DNA of 64,000 bases from Iphione sp. A-MEVVRFRX5 (GCA_976226885.1 OZ320321.1:10230001-10294000), one strand, 5' to 3'. Positions 48,400 to 61,960 are shown, numbered from the stretch's first letter. Numbers and translations are program-made. Notes: generated by a model from the letters alone, not told the origin.

Positions 48400-48960
48400 A
48401 ACCCACCTGCCTAATGTTTAAACAGGCCAGATATCCCAAAGGGGGTGTCTCCATGTACATGGATTGTATGGCCCCGTACGTGGATCCGGGTAAGCCACAC
48501 CACTATGTTCTTTGAAAGTATACCCCTGTACATGGATTCGGGTAGGCCACACCACTACATTATGTGTAAGTATACCCATGTACGTGGGTTGTATGGCCCT
48601 GTACATGGATCCGGGTAGGCCACACGACTACGTTCTGTGTAAGTATACCCATGTATGTGGGTTGTATGGCCCTGTACGTGGATCTGGGTAAGCAACACCA
48701 CTATATTCTGTGAAAGTATACCCATGTACACAGGTTGTATGGCCCCGTATGTGGATCTGGGTAGGCCACACCATGATGTTTTTTGAAAGTATACCCATGT
48801 ACATGGATTGTATGGCCCTGTACAAAGATCTGGGTAGGCCACAGCACTATGTTCTTTGAAAGTATACCCATGTACTAGGTTGTATGGCCCCATACGTGGA
48901 TCCGGGTAGGCCACACAAATATGTTCCGTGAAAGTATACCCATGTACACGGATTGTACAG
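48400..48960. repeat. Minisatellite, about 73-bp unit, about 7 copies
   Basis: gtataccc at 48570, 48643, 48716, 48789, 48862, 48933; unit tacccatgtac..gggttgtatggccc.gtac.tggatccgggtaggccacacc. Confidence 0.92.
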
Positions 48961-49899
48961 CCCTTTGCGCAGATCTGTACAGACCGCTCATGAAGCGGTC
49001 TGCCCACAGCCCTGTACAGTACAGACAACCTGTGTACATAGAAAGAGTGGCTTACTGAGACACTGGTTTGAAATGTGGTCGATGGCTTTGGATATTTTTT
49101 AATCAGCCGTGTTTTGATAAAACTTTTTAAAACAACCAGACTTGTTCAACCAAAAAGGGGAAATTTCCTGTAAAGAAGTCGCACTATGCATTTAGTTATT
49201 CTAAACAGTAATTACAGGTGATCGCGTTGTTTGTCCTCGGTATATCTCCTTGCTTCATTGTGGAATTCGCTTATAGAGGCGTAGGCTGAGCGCTGTGTAT
49301 AAAGAGGCCTTTTGCAGTGTGGATGGCGGGATATGCTAACGATATATCTGTTTAAACCAGCATTGTTTAAACAACAAATAAAGAGATAAACCACAGATCA
49401 CAATCACCGAATGCAGGGCTGGGCAACATGTCGCATTTCGCTAAAAACATGAAACAGAGACATTAATGAATGGGACAATCCTCTCTCATTGTTTTAGTGC
49501 TGAACAGATTGTATTTTCGCGGCAGAGAGGTTAAAATATGCGACAACTTTTCTTTGGGTGCCCAGCTCTGGAATGATGTAAGTTGAACCAAACAGCCAGG
49601 TTTCCATAAAGGATCGAACGTTTGCTTACTTTAACTCCAGGTGGCGCCCTAGTTCCTGTATTTGTAATCTGATTTGCTTGCATGACTACGCTGTCGTGTA
49701 AATTTGAGAAATATTGTTGCTTTTATATTCAGTTTCCAGCACCCAAACTTTTGAAATACAGCTGATTTGTATATGAAGATAGTATTCCTCTTTATTAGAT
49801 ATGACTATCCGTGATACACAAGTAGACATACAATATAACTATACATACAATTACAAATGATAAGAACCTTACATGGTTAACGAAGACCTACAAGTTTAA

Positions 49900-50420
49900 T
49901 AGAGGAATGACATGAAAAGTATGATGGAAGAAAGCTACATATAGACATATGTGTATGATAGAAAATACTAGCATGCACACAAGGTATAGAAGAAAGCTGC
50001 ATAAAAACCAGAATTACAAGTATGATAGAAAATACCAACATGAACACATGGCACAGGAGAAAGGTGCTTAAAAACTAGACCTTAAAGTAAGATAGAAAAG
50101 AGTGGCATGAAAACAGAACATAGAAGAAAGCTGCATAAAACCCAGGCATACAAGTATGATAGAAAATAGAGGCATAAACATATGGCATAGAAGAAAGCTG
50201 CATAAAAACCAGAACTACAAGAATGACAGAAACCACACCTACAAGTATGATAGAAAATATTGGCATGAACTTATGGCATAAAGGAAAGCTGCATATAGAT
50301 GAGACTTGCAAGTATGATGGAAACTAGTGGCATGACCACACAGTAAAGAAGAAAGCTGCATAAAACCCAGGCCTACAAGAATGATAGAAACCAGAACTAC
50401 AAGTATGAGTAAAAGTCCAA
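49900..50420. repeat. Degenerate A-rich minisatellite, about 65-70-bp unit
   Basis: Recurring agaagaaagctgcataaaa.cca and caagtatgatagaaa. Confidence 0.75.
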
Positions 50421-53400
50421 AAAGTGCAGAATTTGATGAATAAGAGCCCTGAAAGTGCTGAATGTGACAAGTATAAGTCCCAAAGTGATGAGTAAAGGTT
50501 AAAAAAAGTGGGTATCAAGCCAACCTATGAAAATGCTGCTAAGGCCTCCCTACTGCTCCAAATAAGTACGACAGCACATTGTTCACAGGAGGGTATTCAA
50601 GTAAACCTGTGAAAATGACCAGAAATCTCCAGGTGGACCTAAATTAGGGCGATAACATGTCCGTAGGGGGATATTGCAGTCAACTTGTGAAAAATGAAAA
50701 CAGACATTTGAAAACAATTGGGTCTGCTGAAGTGTGGATTTTGTGGCCAAATTCAAATTTGCAGCACCTCTGGGCTGATTGTCAGAACTAACTAAAGCAG
50801 TTTTCATATACTTTGGCTCAACCTCTGAATCACTCACCACAGAGGGTTAGGGCGTTTTTTAATTTGGAGATCTTTTTGGTCTATTTTTCTGCCTGACATG
50901 GGCTTGGCAGAACCCTTAAGAAAAACTTTCTCTGGTTTATTCATACACATACCAATACACAGAGAGAACCTGACCCATACAGTGTCCCGCAGGTTGGGAC
51001 CCTCTCATGTCTCCACCCATCCTCCTGCAAAGGGGGATACCTCTACTTGGGTGGTTTAGTATAGAGGTCTATCGGATGGCTCTGGTTGGAAATGTATTAT
51101 AGGACCTTACATGATAACCACTGAACCACTATCCCCCCTGTTTCTTACAGCTCTAATCAGTGGCCATGACAAACTAGTCCCATCACCTCTACTTTGGGAC
51201 TCCCAGAGATATCCATACAATTATAACCCCTTGGTACCTGATGAGACCATAAAGGTTGAAATGCCTCCAACGGGACCTTTTCCCCTCTCCAACAGAATAT
51301 CCAGCTAAGGATGGATCTGTGAACTATGTCACTATGGAGCAGGGTGGATACATACCAACCAATGGAGAGGGAAACTCCAGGTGTTCACACACACATACTG
51401 CCCTTGTGGCACCAGGGGCCCCAATAGGATGGTGGAAGGTACCACATATATGATGTAAATAAACATACTATTAAATTTAGGAGAGGAAGACAACCCCACA
51501 GTCAATGAGTGACACCCAGTTACCATCATCAGGAGGATTGCTTGCCTCTAACACATGGAACTACTTTCTTGAGTCCAGGAGTCAGAACAGGGTCTACGGT
51601 GTGTAGGTTGTATTCATGGTCAGGGAACACCCTATAACAGAGTTTGCATGGTCACACCGGGGTTCTGCACTGGAATACTACATTTAAAACAACAAACAGC
51701 ACGTTATTTGAAAGTGAGGAACAACAGAAAAGGATTCAGAAAAGTATTGTGGAAGATGCAGTACCTAGGTCTTTCTGGCATGGATACTGCAGTATATGTT
51801 ATAGGTCAGTCGGAATTCAGGCCTGCCAGCTGATGTTCTGGCACTGTGAGATCTGGCTTCCAGATTTGGTAATGCAGAATTAGTTTCTGGTAGGTATTGA
51901 GAAATAACCAAGTTAATTATGTAACATGGTGTTACTTCTGTCTAAGGGTACTATTTTTGTACAAGCCTATCGGGGCTCTGCCATTATATAAGAAGGGATG
52001 CTTCTCTGATAAACAGACATTGTTTCCTGCAATTTATGAGAGTGCACACCCATGCATGTTCATTTATTGTACCTAGAGTGAACCAGACAATGGATTACGC
52101 AGGTTAAGATGACCCTACTATACACAGGCCCTACCCAAGACCAGTATGACAACCACATGTTGTGGAGGATAAGATTCAAAACATGCTGAAAAGGCAGCTG
52201 AATGGTGTTGATATTAGTTCTAATAGGCCTTTACCACACATTGATGATGTCCTCGTCAGGTAAGGCAAGAGGAATTGTTTTTCTACACGTAACTGAAGGA
52301 GTGGGTATTATCAAGTCCCAATGAGTCAGATTGTGAAGAAGTTAGTATGACTCTCTTTGACCAAGTGTGCAATACCTTGGGCATATTATTACTAAGGTGG
52401 GAGTGAAGCTGGGTCCATGAAAGGTGGACAGCATTGCCGATCCTATTCCACCAAGTGATGTGAAGGGGGTTCAGTCTTTTATTTGAATGACTACTTATTA
52501 AGTACGAAGTGTGTCTAATGCTACACAAACAGCACATCAGATTGTAATAGTCAGAGGCCTGTCAATGAGCTTTCAATGCATTGAAGGATAGATTACCTTA
52601 TACCCCAACGCTTGTGTCTGCACATTTTGAGAGGCCCTTTCTGTATTATACGGATGACAGTGGTAGCTGTATTGGGGGTGTCCCTATGCAAGAAGTCAAA
52701 AGAAAAGAGTGTCCAATACATTAGATGTCTCACAATCTCTGGGATACCCAGAGACATTGGCCTGTAACTGAATAGGAAGGCTGGGCAATGATATCTGCTA
52801 TCATATTTAACTTTACCATTTGTAACTGCACCATATGTGAATGGTTACTTTTTAACCCAGAGTAACTATACTTAACTCTGATTATGTAACCCACTTAAGA
52901 GCTTAGGTATATAAGGAGTTAGTGCGTGGGAATAGATACCCTCTCCCTGCACTTTGTGAGAGAGGAGACCCATGCACAAATGATTTTAATGCACTTGGAG
53001 TGAACCAGATATTGTCAGTTAGATATTCTTCATTTTCTCACTCAAATTAGTCCAGGATCTGCAGCTTCCAGTGCTCTACATCTTAGACATGTTACATTTT
53101 GTATTGGGTCCTTGAAGACCTGGCTGTCTTCCCTCCACGTTCTCCCTTCCCTGCTGCCCTCGTCACCCTCTCTGCTGCCCTTTCTTCTTCACGCTCACTC
53201 GCTCTGCTCATTTTCCTCGCAGTAAACTTTCTCCTTCTGGCCTGTTGCATTCCCCACCACACGGATTTAGAAGCAGATTTAGCAGAAGTCTTACTTATAG
53301 TTTAGCCGTTTATCTACGTTATCACAGATCCGTTATCTGTTGTCATCAGGGGACTGTTTAATGAGCCAATAGTCCGCATTATTCCATGGGTGTTATGGCT

Positions 53401-53977
53401 ACATGATTATACCAGGGAGTGATTGTTATCTATTAAAGGGGAATCTGTACTTGGCTCACACCCACAGGTCGTCATCTCTGTATTTGTGACCCTCTCCCCC
53501 ACCAGGGACTCAGCACTGGTATAAGGTGAAGGTGCTACCCTCGTGTCAGACTTGTCGACCCATCCATCTTGTCCCAAACAGCTCCGCGCCCGCTACTGCC
53601 CCTGATAGAGATGTGAACCGTGTAGGGTTTAGTCTAATAATCACATACTGCCTGCAGGTGATGGATGGAGGAGCTCAGACCCCGAGCCCAGTCACGCACC
53701 ACGTGATCAACGGCCAGGGAGAAGCTTACAGTGGCGCCATGTCTTCTCGAACGAGAACTCTCCCGTGCGATCAACAACTTGTCTACTTAAAGAAATTCAT
53801 TAATAGCAAACTACTGGAGTGGTGTTAGTTTCTGAAATAGACGTCAATGTCTCTGCATCTGGCGCCGCAGTCCGCGGATGACGGCGCCATATTGAAAGCA
53901 GATCTATGGGCTATTACTCATGTTCACCTTTCTGCATTCACGTCCCAGGACAGATCAACTGTCCTCACCTCTATCTC

Positions 53978-54536
53978 NNNNNNNNNNNNNNNNNNNNNNN
54001 NNNNNNNNNNNNNNNNNNNNNNNNNNNNNNNNNNNNNNNNNNNNNNNNNNNNNNNNNNNNNNNNNNNNNNNNNNNNNNNNNNNNNNNNNNNNNNNNNNNN
54101 NNNNNNNNNNNNNNNNNNNNNNNNNNNNNNNNNNNNNNNNNNNNNNNNNNNNNNNNNNNNNNNNNNNNNNNNNNNNNNNNNNNNNNNNNNNNNNNNNNNN
54201 NNNNNNNNNNNNNNNNNNNNNNNNNNNNNNNNNNNNNNNNNNNNNNNNNNNNNNNNNNNNNNNNNNNNNNNNNNNNNNNNNNNNNNNNNNNNNNNNNNNN
54301 NNNNNNNNNNNNNNNNNNNNNNNNNNNNNNNNNNNNNNNNNNNNNNNNNNNNNNNNNNNNNNNNNNNNNNNNNNNNNNNNNNNNNNNNNNNNNNNNNNNN
54401 NNNNNNNNNNNNNNNNNNNNNNNNNNNNNNNNNNNNNNNNNNNNNNNNNNNNNNNNNNNNNNNNNNNNNNNNNNNNNNNNNNNNNNNNNNNNNNNNNNNN
54501 NNNNNNNNNNNNNNNNNNNNNNNNNNNNNNNNNNNN
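53978..54536. other. Assembly gap (559 N), followed by a CT-rich tract
   Basis: Run of N; 54537-54640 is (CT)-rich, so the gap may be an unresolved microsatellite. Confidence 1.
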
Positions 54537-57474
54537 TCTGCCTATCTCACTCTCTCCCCCTTTCTCTCTCCTCTCTCTCTCCTCTCTCTCTCCCTCTTTC
54601 TCCCTCTCTCTCTCTCTCTTCCCTCCTGTCTTTCTCTCTCTGGCAGGCACCTAACACGACACCGTGCACGTGTCAGACGGAGATGGCAGTCCTGTCATGA
54701 CTTCCAAACAGGGTGTTGAGATTTGTCTTTGTGACGTTTAAATGACACAGGTGGCCTATTGAACTAAATGAGTAAATGTTTACTGAATACATGTATATGA
54801 ACAAGGCGAATGGCTACTGGGGACTTTGTTCTATTAATTTTCTTTAAACGGCACACTATGCACGTATAGGAGTGTACAGACCTGCTACCATCATGCCTCT
54901 AGCATATTTTGGGGGAAATTAGACGAAATAGTTTTTAATCAACCAACCTCCCATCATAATACATGGTTTAAAGCATATCTACACAATTATAAGCAGGCAA
55001 TGAGTCCATTGGAAAGGGTTTTGATTATTACTTTTCAAATATATGCTGTCCACCATTTTGATATTTTGAATTTCAGGTTTAGTGACCATGCACACACACA
55101 TTCAAAGCGTCATGTGACTAGATATCAAGCTTGTACAACGAAGACAAGCATTCCAAGATGGCGGCCACAACAGAGGTAGACAAAGCATTATATCTTATGA
55201 AAAGTCATTTTTATTCTCGTTCCACAGATACCGGCATAGGCATATAACAGACAGAATACGTATACAGTGTGCACATATGACCAGTCATACGAGCGCTGGC
55301 ATGCTTTTCATAGAGCTCTAATGGATATATGCGTACACTGTATACATATTCTCTTAATACTTGGACAAAACATATATCGTATACGTTCTTGTTGTACATA
55401 TGGAGATTTCGTGTACCAAATCAGCATATTCAAACAATAACATGCGAAGATAGCACAAGTGGCAAGCTACATTTTTGCTGGTGTTTCCTGGCTGACATAT
55501 TGTATGTTGTGCGTGTTCTTTTGGTGTAGTTCCGCAGTTCCAACGAACCATCGACCTTGATGATGGAAACTAACGTGTTATCTACAGTCGGTGTACACCT
55601 TTTTGCATTTCTCCCGTAGGCAGCGCTAGCACCATCAAATCCCCATCCCCTAGCTATTGACACACTGGTGAGAGGGAGAATGTGTGCTAACAGATGACCA
55701 TGTGAGAGTCATATGGCCCGTTATTCCCGACTGGCAGCCCGGTACACACTGGTGGCAGCGACCTTTCCTCGCGCCAAGTCAGACTGCTGCTGCTGCAGCA
55801 CATAGAGCTGCTCATAGAGCAACTCACACAGAGCGGGTGAGCGCTAGATAATAGCCACGTGAGCTTGTCAAGCTGAAGGAGGTCCGAGCACCAGGTGAAG
55901 AACAACGTGCAAAAAGAAACCTAGCAAACAGTGCTTCCAGTTTTGCGCGGGTTCTTGGTAGAGGTGTGCTGACTATAACAGGAGGATATTTTGCGAACTG
56001 CTTGCACGGTGGGATACTCCGTCCTCATATCAAGCCGACAATGAAATGGGAAATCTTTAGATCATGTCCCTGGAAGTGTACTGTATGTAACGTGTGCTTA
56101 GCCCCTGATGAAGAGAAAGCTATGATCCCGGATGAATGAATAAAGTCCACTCAGAAAATCTGGTTCACTCCAAAATTAATGCAGGACATCTGCTGGGTGT
56201 AACTCTCTCCAGGTGCAGTGACGGAATAACTGCTTCATTCAGGAAAACACGGCCTTTCTATACAAGGTCTGGCTCTAAACTTAGACACACGGTTGCACAA
56301 TAAACCTATTCTTGACATGCAAATTGCATAGATAAATACCCAATGAATGAGAATGGTGCTCGGACCAAAGACATGACCCGTCTACAGTACCATTCTGATC
56401 GATCGGGGATTATTCGATCTTATCTTAACCAGTAGGCTGCTCGTAATATCCCCCCCTGTCCCTTCTGCTCTATGGTGTGATTAAATACAGTCAAAGTCCA
56501 ATAACCGGAGAACAGTCCAAAAGGCCTCTTCCCCAATAACTCCCAGGCTTCTCAGCCAGGAGGTGAGCAGGCATCATTAAGCTACAGTCGACCAATCACT
56601 CATCTATCATCATTCCTTTAGAAGATGAAAGAACCTATTAACTTGCCAGAGCTCCGTCAGAGGTCTCTGCTGCAGCCAGTGTGTGCGATTTGTACTCCAG
56701 GGGCTTGTACTTCTCTGGTTTACCTTCCATGGTCAGCATAGGTGGGCGATGATAGGTACAGCTTAGTGGCACAGGGAGCAAGGAAGGGTATGATCTATGG
56801 TGGTTGTCTGATTATTACTCGGTAACTATTCCGGTTCAGTTTATCAGACATGTTTACATGGCAGATTGTCAATTTACAGCCAGTCGGCTACACTCTTGAC
56901 TTGAACCCAGGCCACACCACCACCTGTGACAGAGGTCAGGTAAAGCCATGCCCCTGAGTGGTTCTGACATCCACCAGCGCGGACTGCGCCGGACCATGGG
57001 GTCCATATTGTCACCCTCGTCTTTACTCCCCACCCTTACAGCACCTTGTAGCACCTGTTAACACGATAAAAAGTTTAAACAGCACCCATGATTACATGTA
57101 ACATGTAGCCAAACATTTTTCTACCTGTGATGAACAAATTTCACGACCTGAAACACAGTTGTCTTGCAGTAATGAATAAAAGGAAAACTAACACAAAGTG
57201 TTCAGTTATAAGTCATTAAAGAATAAGTTTCCTAGTGGTTAGGCGAGCTGAACTGAAATAAAGATTGTTCTCTCCATTGCCGCAAGGGTGTACATGACAA
57301 ATGAGTGTGGGTTGTAAAGTTGTGCATGCCATGGATGTATAATGTGTGGTCCATTATAGGTGTTCGTGGTAAATTACTCATGTTGAAAATAATGATATAT
57401 CATAACTGCTGTTGAGGATTGTCCTAGGAGAAGACCTTTGTTTGGCAGTGCCAAGATTAAACAAATAGCCTTTA

Positions 57475-57994
57475 GGCCCAGTTTCCATACATGTGGCGAT
57501 GTCCGTGTGCATTCGCCTGCATTCACCTGTGTTAACAGTGAGATCGTTTCCATACCTGCGGTACCTGTCCGTGTGCATTGCCATGTGTTGCCATGCATTA
57601 ACCATTTTCGGTCTGGGACCGTAAATTTACTGCAAACGTATGGCAATGCATGGCAATGCACCTCTATTTCTTCACATTTCTTCACTTTTGGATATGATTA
57701 CCACACATATCTGCACATTTCTGCACAATGCCATCTTTTTCTGGAAATTTTCCACCCATTTTTGCTGTTTTTCAGCTGAATTTCCATGAAATAAGCCATT
57801 TTTCAGCCCAGTTTCCATTAAATTTGCCATTTTGGGGCTTTTTTGCCATTTTTCATATTTTCAAGTCATAAATCGCATACAAACACACCGATGATCAATG
57901 ACACCCCTCTGCGGGAGACACAAAAATGCATACCAATGCACACAGACATCTCCCACACTTTACTGCACTTCGCTGCAGGTATGGAAACCAGGGC
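57475..57994. mobile_element. PIF/Harbinger-like MITE, family B (520 bp)
   Basis: TIRs GGCCCAGTTTCCATAC / GCCCTGGTTTCCATAC; TTA duplication on both sides; internally similar, in opposite orientation, to 37465-38085. Confidence 0.8.
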
Positions 57995-58335
57995 TTAGAG
58001 TCAAATCTGTATGCTTGTTGTTCGATGGCCGGTATGTATATATGACAAAGACTTGTAGCTGCTGGGTGGACTCGCCTGTTGTCTGATGGTGTTTGCTGCT
58101 AACACTGACTGTACAACCTTCTGGGATTAACCACAGCTTACCTACTGGTGTGGTGTAACTCATTACATACCGGTTCATTACCATTATAGCCATTATATGC
58201 TACTAGACTAGTTATTAGACCACATTATGCAGTCTTGTAGAGCAAACCACTGGTATTTTAGTGATTATATATACTGTCTGTACATCTTTGATTAGAAAAC
58301 GAATCACCACAGAACAAGTCCGAATCTCATCTCAC

Positions 58336-58536
58336 CTGAAGATATAGCTATAAGTCCACTGGTCTCTTCCCCACGGCTCAGAATGACGCCTTCCCTTTAT
58401 GCGCCGAAACCCCGCGTTTACCTTATAAAGGGGCGCTCCTTCTAGCACGCTTCTCCACTCCTCCAAAGTATCTATTATCAGTTCTCCGTCCCCAGGGGTG
58501 CTAGATTTGTAGAATTCCGACAAAATGTAAGTGGCT
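58336..58536 (-). CDS. Candidate internal exon of an unidentified gene (201 nt, phase 2-2)
   Basis: Acceptor tacttctactcag, donor AG|GTGAGA, fully open frame ATYILSEFYKSSTPGDGELIIDTLEEWRSVLEGAPLYKVNAGFRRIKGRRHSEPWGRDQWTYSYIF; no family recognised with confidence. Confidence 0.4.
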
Positions 58537-58779
58537 CTGAGTAGAAGTATGCTGACCTATCACTTTAGTGCGTAGGGCCAGGACGTGAAAATAGAAACAC
58601 TACGCTTGTGAGTGTACACCCACTACCCCCTCTCCATGTGGGAACATTCAGATGCTGTCGAATGGGAACATTCACAATCCTTTAACTCAATAACGGCCAC
58701 ATATGTTGGGCAATTAAATCCCCGCGAGAAAAAAAAATTTAAAAAAAGGAAGTCAAGACGTTGATGCCACGTGGGAAGA

Positions 58780-59460
58780 ATTGGGCCTGTCCGCCCGCGA
58801 GAGCCGGGACCGGGGCATACGTGATATAGATACCAGGCGAATGCCGCGGTCGCGCGGCGGCGGCGGCGGCGGCGGCGGCGACACACGGCCACTTCCGCCG
58901 CGGCGCTGTGCGGCGAGCGGCCTGTGCCGTCGGAGGTGGACCGCCGACGGCGCTGCTAGCGTCGGCCGACAGTCGGCCGCGGCGGGGGTCTCCGCGCCCG
59001 CCCGCATTGCCCAGTGACAGTGATGAATCGGCGCCGCCCCCCCCCCCCCCCAGCCTGTGCCAGCCAAGCCCATATCGGCCGGCATATGAGCACCGCGCAT
59101 TTTCGCCATATTGACCGACTCAGGAATTCTTGACAAGCCGACATAGGCGGCATGCCTGCACCTCTGTATGTAAACACAACGCAACCAGCGCCCCTAAGCG
59201 GCCCATGGGTCGGGCCGGAAGCGGCGGCGGCGGCGGTGGGGCTGGAAGGGGGGGGGGGCGAATCCAATCGTATTCAGTTCAGCACGTCGGTTTCCGCGAC
59301 AAAGGTCGGGCGCCGCCGTAATCGTATTAGGCTCTTATCTCACAAAGAGCGGGAACGCGCGTCTACTTCGCCGCTCCTTTACCGCAGGACATAAAACTCC
59401 AAACCCCTCGGCGCGTCACGAGAGGTGCGCGCACGTTAACAAGGAGGTATTTGATACGCA
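58780..59460. promoter_or_regulatory. CpG-island-like region, with a smaller island at 59760-60010
   Basis: Very high CpG/GC; (GGC)n at 58854-58879 and 59221-59234; CCGGAAGC/CACTTCCG ETS-like sites; CGCCATATT YY1-like site at about 59104. Confidence 0.65.
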
Positions 59461-60604
59461 TTCCAACATGATATGTTCGGTTTCTCGCAATGAATGCCCG
59501 GACATTAATGCAACAACATTAAAGCATCTCTCGACACTTATGAGTGTCCTTCACACCTTCCCTGAAGGGTATTCTGGCATGTGCAAGAAAACTTTGAGAG
59601 AAAAAAGAATTAAAACTAGATAAAGCCTCTGATAGTTTCCCAATTGTTTCAAACATGTCATAAAAACCGCTAGTATATTATGTTACTAAAATGAATCAAA
59701 TCCAGACAGAGGAATCTCTATATGAGTACCTAATCCTTGCTTGACTTTCTCCATCTCCCCGCCATCCTATACGTGCTGCCCGTGGGGAGGAATTACGACC
59801 GGCGCTTGGCTAGTTATGTGAGTACACTAAATAGCTCTTGACAATATAGCTGACCTTAACGCTATCGCTGTGAACCCCGGACGTTCCGCGCGCGCCGGGC
59901 AGGTTTCTCTGACAACAACCGAGCGGGCATTTTTAGCTGCAGGTCTCTGATACTACGCTGCTCCTTGTACCATATTAGAATATAGAGCGCGCGGCTACAT
60001 TCTTCGGCGTATGAATTCCAGCGGAATGAATTCCTCAACACATTACGGTCTCGCCCTCTTTTTCTAATAAGCTACATTTTTAAGATGTCTCCGCCAACCT
60101 GCAGGAGCAACTCTGCTTCACCTTGTTCCGAGCCCTCCCCTCTCCCCCCCCCCCACACACACTCCCCACACGCTTCGGGGAACTGTTCGCGATTTCTATG
60201 GTCAGTTTATCCCCGTGTATATTGGTAACTTCATGTTCTCACCACAAACAGACATATCGAAAATCCTATACTGTTTTTATTCAGTTGCCTTGCCCTTCCC
60301 ATCTCAATGAAAAGGGTGACATTATTTTCATCTTCATTGTATCTTTAACCAGGAACTAAATATTCAGCTATCATTTTTATAGCTGTTCGTCGATATCCTC
60401 CCAGGGTAGCATATATACTGACATCTATTATCGAGAACTGAGAGACCAGAATACCAAGGGTTGTCTCATACTTTTATTTCCGACAGACTTTTGAGGTTGT
60501 TTTGTGCATAGGGGACAGAATCCTATACACCTACAGCCCTTTAACAAGTTGTGGACTACTCTTGGTTGGGCCTATGGATAACAACCAGTCTGGTCATGAT
60601 CAAG

Positions 60605-60670
60605 TGTTCTGAGCCCAGGATTGAACCTGCAACCTCTTGATCAGTGGACCAGTGCTTACTAGAGGTCCTG
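60605..60670 (-). mobile_element. Degenerate tRNA-derived SINE head (B box)
   Basis: Minus strand actgatcaagaggttgcaGGTTCAATCCtggg has a B box in a tRNA-like variable-loop/T-arm context. Confidence 0.4.
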
Positions 60671-61569
60671 TCTGGACTGGCAATCCCTTTGCCACCTTAT
60701 AAATCAGATCTATGACGAGCACACGGCGCAGGGTACGCAGGATCAGCCACTCAGAAGTGCTGCAGCAGTTCCTCACTGGTGTAAGGATTACCCCCAAGGC
60801 AGAAGTTAGTAGGGAGGTTTAGAAACATAGTAATGGGACCCACCAAATCAAGAGGCCAGCCATGAGTATATTACTAACAATGCAGAGAAGTCAAGTACCA
60901 TCATGCATAGAAGAGGAGTGAGACGAGGAAGCGTACGCAGACCTCAAGCACAGTATAGGGGTTGTGAAGAGGCAGTGTTAGCTTGCCCCCTTCCACAACC
61001 TACAACTGCCAGACTAGTTGGAATAGAGAAGGACCTCCTAAGATAGCAGTCAGAGATCCGCCAGATCGAAACAAAAGAAACCAAATGATCCTCATTTTCG
61101 GGGGGAAACTGATAACGATGCTGAATACAAAAGTGAGACAATACAAAATAAAGAATATATTTCACCTTTGAGCAGTATGTCAAAAGGCAAGAAGAGACGA
61201 AGATATGGTGGTCGATCAGTCATCGTTGCAGTCATACAGCAGACACACCCCATCAGACCAAGGACTTGTGCCTAAACAACCAAACAATAACATCTTCTCA
61301 AACCCATATTAGCCACATCTACGAAGGCCTGACATGCCGTTCAAGCGGCCAAAACAGGCAGATAAATGGGTTTTATACAAATGTATTCTAAGGTCCACAC
61401 ACCTAAGAGACTGGTGTTATTTTATGTTTTTTGTATAGAGGTCCTGTTATTGCGTCCAGTTGGTTGCCGCATTTTTCAATTATATCGTGAAAGTTTTAAC
61501 TACATCAGCACCGCCAATCTACGGTTGAAGTTTTACATGTATCCTTATTTCTGTTCCATGACCAGACGC

Positions 61570-61960
61570 ATATGTGTACTACCCCTTGTGGATAACAACT
61601 TGCATGAGTTCACCAGATGTATTTTACTATTGCTTCCCATGGAATACCCATCTGGATACGCAGAGAAAATCTGTCCTGGACGGCTTTGCGTTCCGCGTCT
61701 GGATGTGTATGCAGAAGGTCTGGACACAACTGAATGGTTGTATTGCTTGTAGAGGGCTGGAAATACCTACACATACACGTCTGGATGTGGGAGGGAGAAA
61801 TCAGGACATGTGTCATGGTCTCCTCCCTGTCCAGATGCGGATGAGGATTTTTTTCCAACCCTGTTTTAACAATGCAGTCGACACACGGATTCCATGGGAA
61901 GCAATAGTAAAAGACATCTGGTGACCACGAGGAAGCAATTAACTAACAATCTCTGCCAAA
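61570..61960. mobile_element. Fold-back derivative of family A MITE
   Basis: 61888-61950 matches 15421-15480; 35-bp inverted repeat at 61611-61645 and 61889-61923 with 1 mismatch. Confidence 0.6.

Noticed and set aside
48418-49028. ORFs with repeating HGYTF.EH..VAYPDP..GPY peptides
   Set aside because: They are translations of a 73-bp minisatellite; the period is not a multiple of 3, so the peptide rotates between frames. There are no splice signals or zinc-finger Cys spacing.
50500-53330. Possible decayed retroelement body
   Set aside because: The frames I read show no RT, RNase H, integrase or gag motif; cannot be supported without a profile search.
53526-53900. CpG-rich patch with a 100-aa ORF
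   Set aside because: No recognisable domain, splice boundaries ambiguous, and adjacent to a gap; the GGCGCCAT motifs could equally be TE-derived.
53847-54719. Long ORFs of 231-290 aa
   Set aside because: They are artefacts of translating the 559-N gap and CT repeats.
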